From: Antedon mediterranea
Lineage: Eukaryota; Animalia; Echinodermata
DNA length: 64,000 nucleotides
NCBI RefSeq assembly: GCF_964355755.1
Contig: NC_092670.1
Coordinates: 35,762,388-35,826,387 of the forward strand
Direction: 5' to 3'
Shown here: positions 24,306-38,100 of the stretch, piece after piece
Position numbering within the stretch: the stretch's first letter is position 1
How the letters are laid out: each line of letters starts with the position of its first letter
Position numbers and translations under genes: made by a program
Notes under the pieces: model-generated
Database searches by the model: none
What the model saw: the letters and a program-made list of their open reading frames with translations, nothing else
Told to the model about the DNA's origin: nothing

Positions 24306-26357
24306 ATGAAACTACGACTACTCTATCGTAAAATTAAATGAAAGAGGTTCTCAAAACAATAGGGCCTACAAGTCTTCGAATACTATAAACAAAATAATAT
24401 AATACTGTAAGTATGCCTACTCTGATATAATAGCATAATATTGTGACTCTAAATGTAGCAAATGTTTGGTTTAGCGTCAATTTTAAGTAATTTTCCATTC
24501 ATAATATTCAATATTATAATGTAGAGTCCGGGACGATTCGGCCGCCCCCTTGGACGATTCGGCATAGGCCTATATAATATGTACAACTAAATCGATTAAA
24601 ATAGCCCTAAAACTCAATCTACACTTAAATTATAAATAAACTATTTTGACAAATAACACGGTGTGTGTGTGCCCAAATATGGTGATATTCTGTTCTATAA
24701 AAGGGGGACCTAGGCCTACATATTTTTTTCACGAAACGAACGGAAAAAAAACCCCATATCCATATATGCTAAACACATCCGTATTTTTCAAGATATGGGT
24801 CTATTGAATCATCAACGGGTAACTTACATTTTTAAAATTGGTTAAAAATAGATAATACAAATTGTTTAACTACATGTTTTTTTTATTATCAATATTAATA
24901 ATAATCATTTAATTATTTTCTTGACTAATTTGTTTGATTTCATAATGCATGATAAAAAAGGTTATTATACTGTCCGTGATCGGATCTACCAGACTATTTA
25001 TAAATCTTTCTAATGTATTTTCATAATTCAGATCACTATTAAGTACATAACTTTACTGTTGTTACATAGTTTGCAGAGACTAGACACATCCTTTATGTCC
25101 ACAGTGAAAAAATTGGAGTATTAAATTAAGGGGAAAATATATAGTAGGCCTAAAACAGGAAATCACAGGAGTTCAGTAGAACATAGTCAATGCAGTTAGG
25201 CAATTAAAAAAGCATCGTCACCACCACAATCATTTAATTTTTCTCAACGTGAATAAATATTCAAAATATGTTAAACTTAGCTTCCCCGTTGATTCTCCAC
25301 GAGTATGTTCAACAACGCGTCTCTAAATTGTTTCTGACGAGAAAATTGCTACCCTGACGCGTTGCGGCGGCCCATATGTCTACATTTAGCTACTTAAAGA
25401 TGTATTGTCCCCTGAAAAAAAAATTTCTTTTTAATTTTGTTGTTGAATATGCCATTTTAATGTCACATAATACTGAGTAATCCTTTTTTTGGACCAAAAC
25501 TTGGACCAAACAGAAAATGTATTTACCTGAAAAATCTGAAGCAAAAAAATAGTCAAATTGCCAGCCAACATGGTTTTTGGTTGAATTTTTAACCATTTGT
25601 TTTCTCATTTTATAAGTGGAAAATTAATTTATAAGACACCTGTATGATACATTAATAATGGAATAAACCATTATTTTGCGTCAGAAGAGTAAACATTACG
25701 TTACTCATTGCAAGTGACGACCGTCGTACGTACACACTGCGTTATGATTAATATTGGTTACAAAGGTGAATCCTGATAAGGTACGAATTGGCCTATTGTT
25801 AAGTTGGATGCATTTATTACTATAATTGTATTGGCTGTACATTATTGATTGTAAGTATTCCTAAATAACATCACGTTGGCGAATGCTATACCGATGTGAC
25901 ACGCAAATATTGCTGATCATCATTTTTTTATTATAAATATCCGCCTGGGGCTTACCATTGCAGAGGAATACTTTGGTATTAATTTTACATCAGACAATGA
26001 ATGGATGGCTGATATCATTAAAGGGTAGCGTATATTTTAGTTGGATGATTAAAGCTAAGTAGCACGATTGATAGGCCTAATCATAGGCTTTGTATCAAAG
26101 GTAGGTCAGATAATACAAAATCCATGACCAGATTCTCGGTACTGTATCTAGATTTCTCTATAAACATAGGAATATTTGGTAATACAACATCACATGTGTT
26201 TCACATTATCATATCCATAACCGTTACCTTACATAACATGTGATACAATTTTAATGATGAATTGCTGTATTATCAAATATTCCTATGATCGATTATACTG
26301 GGCAGAATTATACAGTAGTATGTAGGCCTATACAACCCTGACATGCAGTATTTCTTA

Positions 26358-26518
26358 AGCTCTATCTACACTATCAAAACTATTTTGACAAAAATGGTGA
26401 TGTGCACAAATATGGTAGTGATATACTTAAATAATGATAGTGATATGGCATCATCATGTCCATGGGTACATTACATTTTTTTTATCACATAACGTTTGAT
26501 CTAGTGTAGACAGATCTT
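26358..26518. mobile_element. MITE (same family as 7852)
   Basis: AGCTCTATCTACACTATCAAA ... TAGTGTAGACAGATCT. Confidence 0.8.
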
Positions 26519-27348
26519 TGGTTAGTAGCATTTATGGTTGAAATATTCAGAATAAGAAGTTCATTTTTAAAACAATATACATGGCTCCAGTCGCGTGCTC
26601 AAGTTAGTGTTTACCGACCAACCAACCGACCGACATATTGAGCTGTAGAACTGAGAATAGTTTAAAAGAGAAACTGTTAATATTAGCATAAGTAGGCCTA
26701 TATAACACAATACTTAGGACCTATGTATTTTGATTGAGTAATTCAAAATGTTGAAAATTTCCCCGAAAAAAAAATACATAAAAAAGTTCAACCAGGTTTA
26801 CAATTTTAAACAGTGTATTGTTCTGCAGCTTTTGATATTCATAGAATGCAAGTTGTATGATAATGGTTGTTGGGCGGGGTTGTTTCGTTTCATTCTGTAT
26901 TACAAACTCATATAGCTTTTAAATTATTTTATAGACAGTATTTATATATATGATAATGTGTTGAAGCTCGGCATCTATAAATGAAGTGATTATGGAATAC
27001 CAAACTCGTATAAATCATCTCTGATGTCCCATAATAACTGAAGTTAAAGTGATATAATGCGTTTCTTTACGACAATTAGGTTTTGAATTCCAAACGAATA
27101 TATATGTAAACACATCAATTATTTAATTGATGAAGCATTGAAGAGTATAAATGAATGCTTAGCGTTTAGCTATGAAATCATTATTTATATTTAACATCAT
27201 AATTCAAAAACTTGTTTTTGATTGACAGTTTGCATGGTTCCGTTGTTTGTATGAAATTATTGGATAATTATCAACGTAATAAAACACCTTCACTTTCTGT
27301 TTCAGACGTATATTATAGGCCTAACAATTTCAGCTACTTCACAACATC

Positions 27349-29637
27349 ATGTACATGAGTACAGAATTCTATAGCACAACAATGGTCAGTCCGCCGTTGT
27401 CAAAACGGCAATGGCCGGCCTATTTGGCACTTTCGCTGGACATACTTTCTCTGGTGTTCAATATACTACCGATATTAGTTGTTTATAAACTGAAAAGAAG
27501 AAATAAACGACTTGCTACTGATATTCTTATTGCGGCGTTATCTTTGACGGATCAGTTGTGCATAATTGTACCTCTTTTCGTGACGTTGATAGCCCGGTTT
27601 GGAACAAACAACCAAAATGTGTGCAAATCTTATTATTTATTCGTCTTCTGGTTTCAAAATACCGCAATGCTTGTAGTGATGACATTGTCATGTGAACGTT
27701 TTCTTGGCGTTGTTTTTCCGTTTAAATACAAAACATGGAGCTCTCAGAAGAGGACCTACCTAACAGTCTTAGGACTTTATATATTCACCTTTATAATCGC
27801 CGTATTGACTATATCGGAACTTGGCAATACGTCGACAGTCGACGAAGCCACGTTGAGGGTGTGTAAGTCTTGGTTGCTGTTGGTTTATTCTAAAAAAGCT
27901 TTTCCGAGTGTTTTGATATTGGAAGGATGGGTGTCTATGGTGATTGTACTCATTTGTAATATATCGTTGATTAGTCATCTGTTACGCTACAAACGAATGT
28001 TGGAAATCGGAAACTCGAGCGTTGGTCTAAGTCGACAACATCTGAGAGACTTTACGAAAATGGTTATTCTGATCACTATTTTGTTTTATATCACATGGTT
28101 ACCTGTGTTGGTAAGTATGAATAATTTGTGTTACATGATCATCAATAAAAGTGGTACGAAGAAAAAAATGTTAGGGTATATTTTATTTAACCATAATAAC
28201 ATAGGATAATTCTGCTTTTACTTGGCCTATAGTTGAACTGACAGGCATTTAAATAATGTAGCAAAAAATAATATCTAAAAGTTCTGTCTACACTATCAAA
28301 GTGTATGTGACAAAACGTGCGGTGAGCCCAAAGTGTGGTAGCGATATATTCCCAAATGTGCACGTAGTTATATGACATAGACGTGTCCATATATGGGCAC
28401 ATAACATGTTTTCACATAACTTTTGATAGTGTAGACAAAGCGTTAGAAAACATTTTGTTCTTGAATGATTGCATTAGATTGCCTATAACCTAATTAGGCC
28501 TAGTGACAGTTTTAGCCTTGTTTACAATGTGACACTATAATTTGACTTTTCTATAATATTTTATTAAATACCAACAAATCACAGACTAATTCATAAATTC
28601 GATTAAAAGGAAAACGTATTATAGTCACTTAGTGTGGGATAAATGGAGACTGGAAAATGTCTTAGAATCTTGCAGCAATCAGTAAACAGCTTGGCATTAA
28701 TATATTTCTTTTTTTGCTTGCAGTGTGTAATGACGTTAGTTCAGTTTGGCATAAACATTAGGCAATCTGTTGCATCTTTGTGTATCATGGCAACCTCAAT
28801 AAACGGGTTCGTCAATCCATTTGTGTATCTCACACTTAGCAAGCAGTATCGGAACGGGTACATCATTCTGATGGCGGCGATGTGCAAACGACTAGGAATA
28901 CGGATGCGTTGCTTTGGTAAACTTACTACATTAATACATTGATTCAAACTGCATTATCATTATTATTGTCCAAATCATATAAATTTATATTAATCATTGT
29001 AGAAGTAATTATTGTCATCACCATCATCAAATTCAAATTGTCAATTTTATGCAATTTCCATCGTCAATAAACAATATTTTCAGCATCACATTCAATAACT
29101 ATATCAATAATTTTTGATAAGAATTTTTTTTGATGATGCAATTCAATAAATAATATGCGCGAGTCAAATATATATTTGATCATCAAAAGAAAGTGTTATC
29201 AAATCATATATAGATCCAGATGAACCATTTAACTAATATCAGTATCCGAGCTGTTAATACAGTGGAACCATGATCCATAGCCATAGCATCGGTGCACTTT
29301 AAAGAACTTAGTACAACTTTCGAGACGAGTAGGGGTTTAGCACCACGGTGTACTAGTTCACACACACACATGAACTACCTTCTAGTAGGCTTAATAATAG
29401 GCATAGTTTCAAAATCTTCAGCTTGTTGAAGGCGACAATTTAATAGAAAAAGAAGAAGAAGAAATTCAATAATTATGATAATATTAACAAATATTGTTTT
29501 ATGCTTTGATGATTTCAGGTTCTGATTTATCTGTTCTTTCATCATCAACTTACCAAACAACAAGACAACGAGAAAGTACTCGCAGACAACCTGAACTCGA
29601 AGAAAATTTATTTGCTAACAACGTGACTAATTTATGA
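27349..29637 (+). CDS. Class A (rhodopsin-family) GPCR, prostanoid-receptor-like (EP4/TP-like), 357 aa
   Basis: Exons 27349-28110, 28724-28916, 29519-29637 (1074 nt in frame). Seven hydrophobic segments; LSLTD (TM2), TM3 Cys, ERF (D/ERY), ECL2 Cys, WLP (TM6), NPFVY (TM7). The intron at the end of TM6 and a 5'UTR acceptor (ttcag at 27301-27305) match the known prostanoid receptor gene layout. C-terminus ...VTNL*. Confidence 0.85.
28280..28444. mobile_element. MITE (same family as 7852) in GPCR intron
   Basis: AGTTCTGTCTACACTATCAAAG ... TTTTGATAGTGTAGACAAAGC. Confidence 0.8.
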
Positions 29638-30084
29638 CACTTTAGATTAAGTAAACAAATGTCTTACCTATATATTTTATATTAATATATATAGGCCTAT
29701 ATCAACAGTTTTATTTATTTACGAAGATGTTAAAAAAATATATAGATACACTCGATCACCAATTCGTAGAATTCTTCAGAGAAGAGCATAACGCCATTTG
29801 AAAAAATAATATTCCCATAATTAAGTAATTAAATAATTTAATAAGGAAAAAGGAATTAAAATTTGCATTTTTGTTTAGATAAGAGCAGAATACCGTTTAT
29901 ATAGTTATATGTTTGCTGTAACGTCAAAAAATGACACTTGTATTAAATGAATAATAGTTTCCTACTTTTACCGACACAAATAAATAATTTTGGTTTTAAT
30001 TCCGTTATCGTTTACTAGCTAATCGATCAATCAATAATCTTTGGTTTCAGCATAACACCAGAGAAAATACATAATATACAAAAG

Positions 30085-31647
30085 AAAACAAAAGCATTAG
30101 TAAAATTCAAAAACTTAAAACACAATGCTCTCAGTATCTGTGTAGAATAAAATACAGAAATCGTAGATTAAAGATACAGACAATTCGACATAGTAATACA
30201 AAAGCATCAGTAAAATTCAAAAACTTAAAATACAATGCTCTCAGTATCATCATCTGTGTACAATAAAATACAAAAATCTTAGATTAAAGATACAGACAAT
30301 ATGACCTAATAATACAAAAGCATCAGTAAAATTCAAAAACTTAAAATACAATGCTCTCAGTATCATCATCTGTGTACAATAAAATACAAAAATCTTAGAT
30401 TAAAGATACAGACAATATGACCTAATAATACAAAAGCATCAGTAAAATTCAAAAACTTAAAATACAATGCTCTCAGTATCATCATCTGTGTACAATAAAA
30501 TACAAACATCTTAGATTAAAGATACAGACAATATGACCTAATAATACAAAAGCATCAGTAAAATTCAAAAACTTAAAACACAATGCTCTCAGTATCATCA
30601 TCTGTGTAGAATAAAATACAAACATCTTATATTAAAGATACAGACAATATGACCTAATAATACAAAAGCATCAGTAAAATTCAAAAACTTAAAATACAAT
30701 GCTCTCAGTATCATCATCTGTGTACAATAAAATACAAACATCTTAGATTAAAGATACAGACAATATGACCTAATAATACAAAAGCATCAGTAAAATTCAA
30801 AAACTTAAAATACAATGCTCTCAGTATCATCATCTGTGTACAATAAAATACAAACATCTTAGATTAAAGATACAGACAATATGACCTAATAATACAAAAG
30901 CATCAGTAAAATTCAAAAACTTAAAATACAATGCTCTCAGTATCATCATCTGTGTACAATAAAATACAAACATCTTAGATTAAAGATACAGACAGTATGA
31001 CCTAATAATACAAAAACATCAGTAAAATTCAAAAACTTAAAATACAATGCTCTCAGTATCATCATCTGTGTACAATAAAATACAAACATCTTAGATTAAA
31101 GATACAGACAATATGACCTAATAATACAAAAGCATCAGTAAAATTCAAAAACTTAAAATACAATGCTCTCAGTATCATCATCTGTGTACAATAAAATACA
31201 AACATCTTAGATTAAAGATACAGACAATATGACCTAATAATACAAAAGCATCAGTAAAATTCAAAAACTTAAAATACAATGCTCTCAGTATCATCATCTG
31301 TGTACAATAAAATACAAACATCTTAGATTAAAGATACAGACAATATGACCTAATAATACAAAAGCATCAGTAAAATTCAAAAACTTAAAATACAATGCTC
31401 TCAGTATCATCATCTGTGTACAATAAAATACAAACATCTTAGATTAAAGATACAGACAATATGACCTAATAATACAAAAGCATCAGTAAAATTCGAAAAC
31501 TTAAAACACAATGCTCTCAGTATCATCATCTGTGTACAATAAAATACAAACATCTTAGATTAAAGATACAGACAATATGACCTAATAATACAAAAGCATC
31601 AGTAAAATTCAAAAACTTAAAATACAATGCTCTCAGTATCATCATCC
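30085..31647. repeat. 116-bp tandem satellite, about 13 near-identical units, between the GPCR and LOX-A 3' ends
   Basis: Unit AATACAAAAGCATCAGTAAAATTCAAAAACTTAAAA... recurs at 30311, 30427, 30543 and onward. Confidence 0.97.
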
Positions 31648-32041
31648 ATGTAGCTGTGAGCCTTTTAAAAATGACTGGACAACAGTATTGACCAATTTTT
31701 ACTAAAAATTATTATTATCATTATTTATTGCCAAAAACCAGTTACAAACATACAAAAATACAGAAACTAAGAAAGTAGGCAGGAACGTAAAAGTGAACCT
31801 AATCACTATAACAAGAGTTCAGGTTCCATACTCCCAAAGTAACAACTATGATATATAATAAATACCGTATATTAGACAAATTTATAAAAATAAAAAAGAG
31901 ATACAAGAAAAAATACTTAAAATCGAAATAATATTTCAATTTTATATTTCAATTACAAATAAATATTGTATAAATGTGTCCTCAGCTGCTTTATAAACAA
32001 CCAGGCAGAAAAGGTTGAATTTTACTCAAAAAAAGAGTTGA

Positions 32042-32144
32042 AACAAGGCAATATACATGGCTGCAGTCGCATGCGCAAATTTGAGTTAGTGTTTACCGAC
32101 CGACCGACATATTGAGCATAGAGTAGCGTTGTTCGCGACTAAAA
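32042..32144 (-). mobile_element. Mini HINE-like element
   Basis: Subterminal AGTCGC.../GCGACT repeats and (CCGA)n; related to 56945-57066 and 26570-26650. Confidence 0.55.
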
Positions 32145-32179
32145 GGTTGCTGACGCTAATACGTTATTTCATTCTCAAT

Positions 32180-35100
32180 CTAAATACTAATTGCATTTGG
32201 GACGTTTGGAGGGTACAGGTATGTGTACTCCTCTTCCCGGTTCATGTTCCTCTTATTGATAGTTTCTCCAACCTCTTTCAATTCTGCAATAAATCTAAAA
32301 CGAGACAAATGAAATGATTATATTTGTAAGTAAATAATGAATCATATACATACTGTTTACATGACAACCTGCAAATTTTATTTTTCAATAATAAAAATAA
32401 TAATAATAATATAAAGCTCTGTGTACACTATCAAAGTGTATGTGAGAAAAATGTTATGTACCCATATATGGACATGAGGGTGTCATATTTGGGCATATCA
32501 CTACCATATTTGGACACATCTTACTGTTTTGTCAAACTAGTTTGTTAGTGTAAATAGAACTTAAGTTAGGAGGTTAACCACTAACATAATAAGGTAACTC
32601 TAATTTTAACTTACTGATTTACCGCCTTGCTTCCAATTGGATCAAACTGGTATTGTACTTCAAAATCACCCAATCCATTGGTCGCCTTCATACTTAAGAC
32701 TTTCGTAATCTCCATAACACTTAAAGTTTTATGTTTACCTGGCAAGGCTTTGAATATGTCTTCTTCTGTTGTCTTAGCATTCTAAAAAAATAATTAAACA
32801 ACCCTTGAACAATGATGCAATTGTAAGAGTAACCATGTTATAAATAAATTATTTTTAAAAATAAAAATACAATTTACCTTATTTTTAGGTGGTTCTCCAT
32901 TGAGCGATGCCGGGTAGTATGGGGGAAACCCATAGTTATCGTACTGCCCAAAGTTTACCGCAGCGTGTTCCACGCTGCTGGTAAATATAGCAGATGCAAC
33001 AGTCAGTGTAATGTCTTCTTTAGTCTTGAAGGAACCGTCTCCTGGTATTCCCTGGATGGCACAACCTTGTTCTTCTACTGGTGATGAAAGAACTCTGTGC
33101 CAGTCTTGTAATTCAAAATCTCCAGAAATGTTTTCTGGTTTGTCTAAAATAAAGAATTTTAAAGTGTTACGGTACTTCTGAAATTCAAAAATGTTAATAA
33201 GTTTTTAAGATTGTATTTTTTTCTATTAAATGTTGATTAGCAGACGTTTAAAGTTATCATTTTTGCTGTTATCAGCAATAAACAGGCGATATAAAGACTG
33301 CTTGGGCTCTACAGACAGGAATAGTACTTTGTATTCTGTAACATCGTAAGTGTTCGATCAACCCGTTGTACTTTGCTCTTTCTCTGTAGTTAGAAAAGTC
33401 TGTGTATTAGGTGTCATCAAACGGTCAGGCTTATAATAATGCTGAATCAGTTTAAAAAGTTAAAGAATGTTTATTTTAACCAATGTTATGAAAGTTGTGA
33501 ATCGACGCTGATTTTATGAACTTAAATACAGAAATGGGCGCTATGTAATGGTTAAATTGTAAGTAAAACTTACATAATTTGTTACCAATAAATAAATGTC
33601 CCCAAAGAATCCCTTAGTCAGTATGCAGGCATTTTTTAATGTGCAACAGTAGGCTTATAAGTTGAATGGAATACTGGTCCTCTAAAACTAGGCTAGACAA
33701 TGGTACTTATTTCTCCATTGACCACAAAGATTTCTTTTATAAAATTAATATAGGCCTATAATAAAAAATGTACACACCATAGTGGCCGTCAACGACTTTG
33801 GAGACATATTTATAAATAGCGTTCCATAGTAGCAGGCCATCATCTCTATAGTAATACTTTGGTAGTACTTTTGGGTCACTGAGGCCACGGGATTCAAGTT
33901 CCTTTGGAAAGGTTCCGTCAATACACAGTTGCCATGATTTAAATCGTCGTCTTATTATTTCAAACATACCAAGACGTCCAACTGCCATCGTCGTGTCAAC
34001 CCATCCACCCTGATTAATAAGCGTTTTCAATGCAAGGCTAAGTAAAACAAAACGCAGACATTTTCGTTAAAATCACAGATCTTGAAAATGTGCTGAAAGA
34101 GAAATGTATCACACAAGAAGAGGTTTATGTAGAGAATCTTGTGTATATGTTTGTTTTTTCACCTTTGAGAAGGATGGTGAATGAATTCACTTATGGTTAT
34201 CCTTGGTAATTTGCCTAAATTAAGAACAAAAAAAAGGTAACGTACTCATTTATGGCCATCAAATACAAAAAATGAGGCGCCAAAAGACGGAAGAGTGGAT
34301 GAGATGGAGAAAGACAACAATGCGTAGCTACAGCAAAGCTTGCTACCAAAAGATGTGTCATTCCAAGATGTGCTGAAGATTGATGGTATGACGCGTCAGC
34401 ATTGTTGAACCACATCTTAGCCAACATCCACGTGTATTCATCATCCGTTGGAAGGAACACCTGTGAAAGGAAAACAACAATGAAAGAAAAAGTCTCCACG
34501 CACAGAAAACTGCTTGGAATTGACTGTACCGCCTCGGTCCATCCATCGGTGTATGGGGCGCCATATGCAGCAAAAGTTTCACTCAAAAATCCAAGTGCAA
34601 ATTTAAAATACACGTTTATGCCTAATTCATTTTTAAAGTAAATGAATTCACCCAGTTGTAATATGATTATGTATATGTTTATTCTGCTGAAATACATGAT
34701 CATTTTCTTTTACCGGATTATCGTCTCCCTTGGTCTGGAATAGCTGGATTGCAACAGGCAGCAGATTTGACTCATCGTTGACAAAAAACAGAGCTATTGG
34801 GCTACAGATCTATAAAAAGATATGAAGCAAGAACAAAAATGAAAGTTTAGGTTTGTATGAGAGAGCATGCATTCGACGCGCGAACTCTAGGTAGTACAAT
34901 GTTTTTATCTTGTTATAGAACCACTTAGGACATGAATGATCTGGTAACAAGTTACAAAACGTCAAATTTATGATAACGATTTCCTAATGATTAAGTTATA
35001 CGTCTGTTTTCAACTTTAGTAGGTCATTAAGCATGAGGGCGTGATGCTTAATCTTGGTTCCCACATAGAAATAGGAATGCGTAAAGAAAAGCGAGTTTAC

Positions 35101-38100
35101 AATCAAGCGATATTTTATTCGAACTGTCGCTATCCGCGGAGTTTATTCGATAGTTAATTTGCTTACTCTAAAACTTGATAAAATTATTATATATATTACC
35201 CGATCAAGGTAGTCGTCTTCGCTTCTGTGTTGTGTAATTTTCAGATCCACAATGAACAGTCGCTTCTTTTCTATAGCCTGTTCTATTGTTAATCCTGCAA
35301 GATCTAGCATCCCATTGGTAACCGCCAAGCTTTGATGTAAATACAAACACAAACAAATAAGTTTAACAAAATAATATAAATAAATATAATATAGGAATTA
35401 TAGGTCTAATAATAATTATACAGTAATAATAAAAGAACAAAGAAGAAATCAAGAAAAAATAGAAATCGAGAAAAAGTTGCTTTTCTAATTTTATCTGTCA
35501 CATAAAATATAACCCAAAGTTTAAGAAATTTTAGAAGAAATTAAAAAAATTAAATTGAGGTGGGCAAGACGCATAATACAAATAATAGCTGAAAGAGTCA
35601 CATAATGGTAACCAAGAATTGAAGAGGAAAAGAAGAAGACGAGAAAGTAGTCGAGAAGAAAAGTGGAGAATAGAACTGGTCATAACTTCAGAGGAAATGA
35701 AAAATGCTGGAGGGGAGTTACGATGATGATGATAAAATACCTACTTTTCTGGGATTTCCGTACATAGTCGAATTAATCGTGGATTACATCCAGTTAGACG
35801 TTGCTTTCCAAATTCAAAATCTGATCTCCAGTTGTGCATTCCCTGTACACATACATAATAATTATTTGTAAAAAATAAAAACAGGTTCTAGACGGCGATA
35901 TTTTAATATTCCTGAAAGAAATATATGTTGGCGTATCATAAATTATACTATATTTTAGTCTTAGTTTCGAAAAAAAGAGTAAACTCAGTTTACTAACTTC
36001 AGGAACAGGAAATGCCTTGCCGTAGATGTTACTCATATCATCTAGGCTTTTCCAATCTGAGGTTACAGAATTAATAACTGCGCCATCTATTTTGTCTACA
36101 GCCATATGAGAACCAATATCCCACTAAAACAAACAATACAACTTATGAAGTAGAATGTAGTATTCTGAATATACTCTATGGTAAATGATCAATAATTTTA
36201 TCTGTAAGTGGAATAACGCAACGAATTTAAGATAAATTCAAATCTGAACACGAAAAATAAATAAGAAATGTAATCTTACTAAGTAGTCATTAGAAAACTT
36301 CTCACTCTCTGGTCTGTCAATCACCTGTAAGTAAAGTACAACACAAAATATATTCATTCTTTGCTACCTGAAACTTAACGTTGGCGTTGTGACAATAAGT
36401 AGGACAAAATAAAGAGTTTTATTATATATGGTTCTCTGCGACTAGCCAGAGCCATATATAGAGAGAGTTACGACTTTGCGTTCACGGATTTTAGAAAGTC
36501 AAAAACCTTTCAACAAATTGATTGTTTTGATATTAAATTCGATAATTAAAGCCTTTTGAACGTTATACATTTTCAAAACAAAAGACTCAACTCCATACGC
36601 TACGTAGGAATAGTTGGACACAAACACGGCTCCTAATCCATTCAATGCCGTAACTCTCTCTATATATGGCTCTGCGGCTAGCCAGAGCCATATATAGAGA
36701 GTTACGACATTGGATTATAGCCACGTGATATGCAGATCAATTTGTGTCAAACTTGCCTCCGTTAATTCATGTAAAGTATAGGAGCAAGAAAATACTTTAA
36801 ACTTTTTCTTATATTAAAAAAAATGTAATTGCACATTTTACGGTTTTGATATCGATCTGCACTGCGTACAGAAGTACTTGCGGCAAAAAATATTGCGCGT
36901 GCGTGCGCTAGTACATTATAAAGTTCGATTGACTGATTTTGGAACGAAACATCCTGTTTCGGATTTCGAACTTTGACGTTGGTGGCGTAAAAATTTGTTT
37001 TGGTGGTAAATAGAATTGTCAGCAAGATCACGCTTATTATCTAATAGTAGATACTGTATTTATCTTATTTTCGACAGTGATACGTGGGAGTACTACGTAC
37101 GTTTTATAACATTTAAGTTGTGTTAATGTTCTTGACTTTGAATATTAAAATTATTAGTTAAGCTATTTGTTAAGTGTTTCGATCGGCTAATTGGCCATAA
37201 GCCTGACTAGCCCTCGTGTAGTAGTTTGACTGTATGTATCTGCTACGCTGTATTTTGGGGTTGTTTGCACACGCAGCTGTGCTGCCTTGTGCGTGTTTTC
37301 ATTGAGTTTATTTGTGTTTCAGACTTTACCGAAGAATAAAGAACGGTTAAAGTAACTACCACGAGTTTGTGTATCATTGTCCGGATTAGTAAAGTGTATT
37401 CCCTTAATAATGGAGGAAAATACGTTCATCGACCTCAGCTTCGAAGAGCTCGAGGTCAAACACCGTTCGTTTAAAGATCACATAACGAGGGCAAGGGACC
37501 GTTTTACCCGTGTTCTCGACCGAGACGAACCGGAACTGGTTAAAGTGGCATTCGACCATATTCAAAAAAAAATTCGAAAGATAACCGACTTACTTGATGC
37601 TATGGATGTTGTCAAACCACCTGATGAGACTGACACTACTACACGTCTACATGCAGAGCTAATGTCAGCAGCTGATGACGTGGAGCGAAAATATCAAGAA
37701 TACAGAAGGTTTTCAAGGAATGAGCAAACCGCTCATTCTTCCCAAGGTGAGCCAACTGCAGCAGGAAAAGATGAAGAGATGATAAAATTAATTAAAGCTC
37801 AGTCTGAAATGGTGGCACAGCTTACAATAAAATTGAACGGAAACGGCTCAGACAACAAACGGCCTTCGATTAAAACACCAGGACTCCCAGCCCCTCGGTG
37901 GGATGGATCTCCAAGAAACTTCCATTCTTGGCATGTACGAATTGACCAATACTTCGAATCTGCTGGTATTAAAGGTGACCAAGAAAAATTGATGATTTTG
38001 CTCAATGGTGATGCGTTACCCAAATCTATTCAAGATCATATTGCTGATTGCTGCTCGGTTGAAGATGATAATGGAGCTTGGGCTCTTCTGAAGGAAAAGG

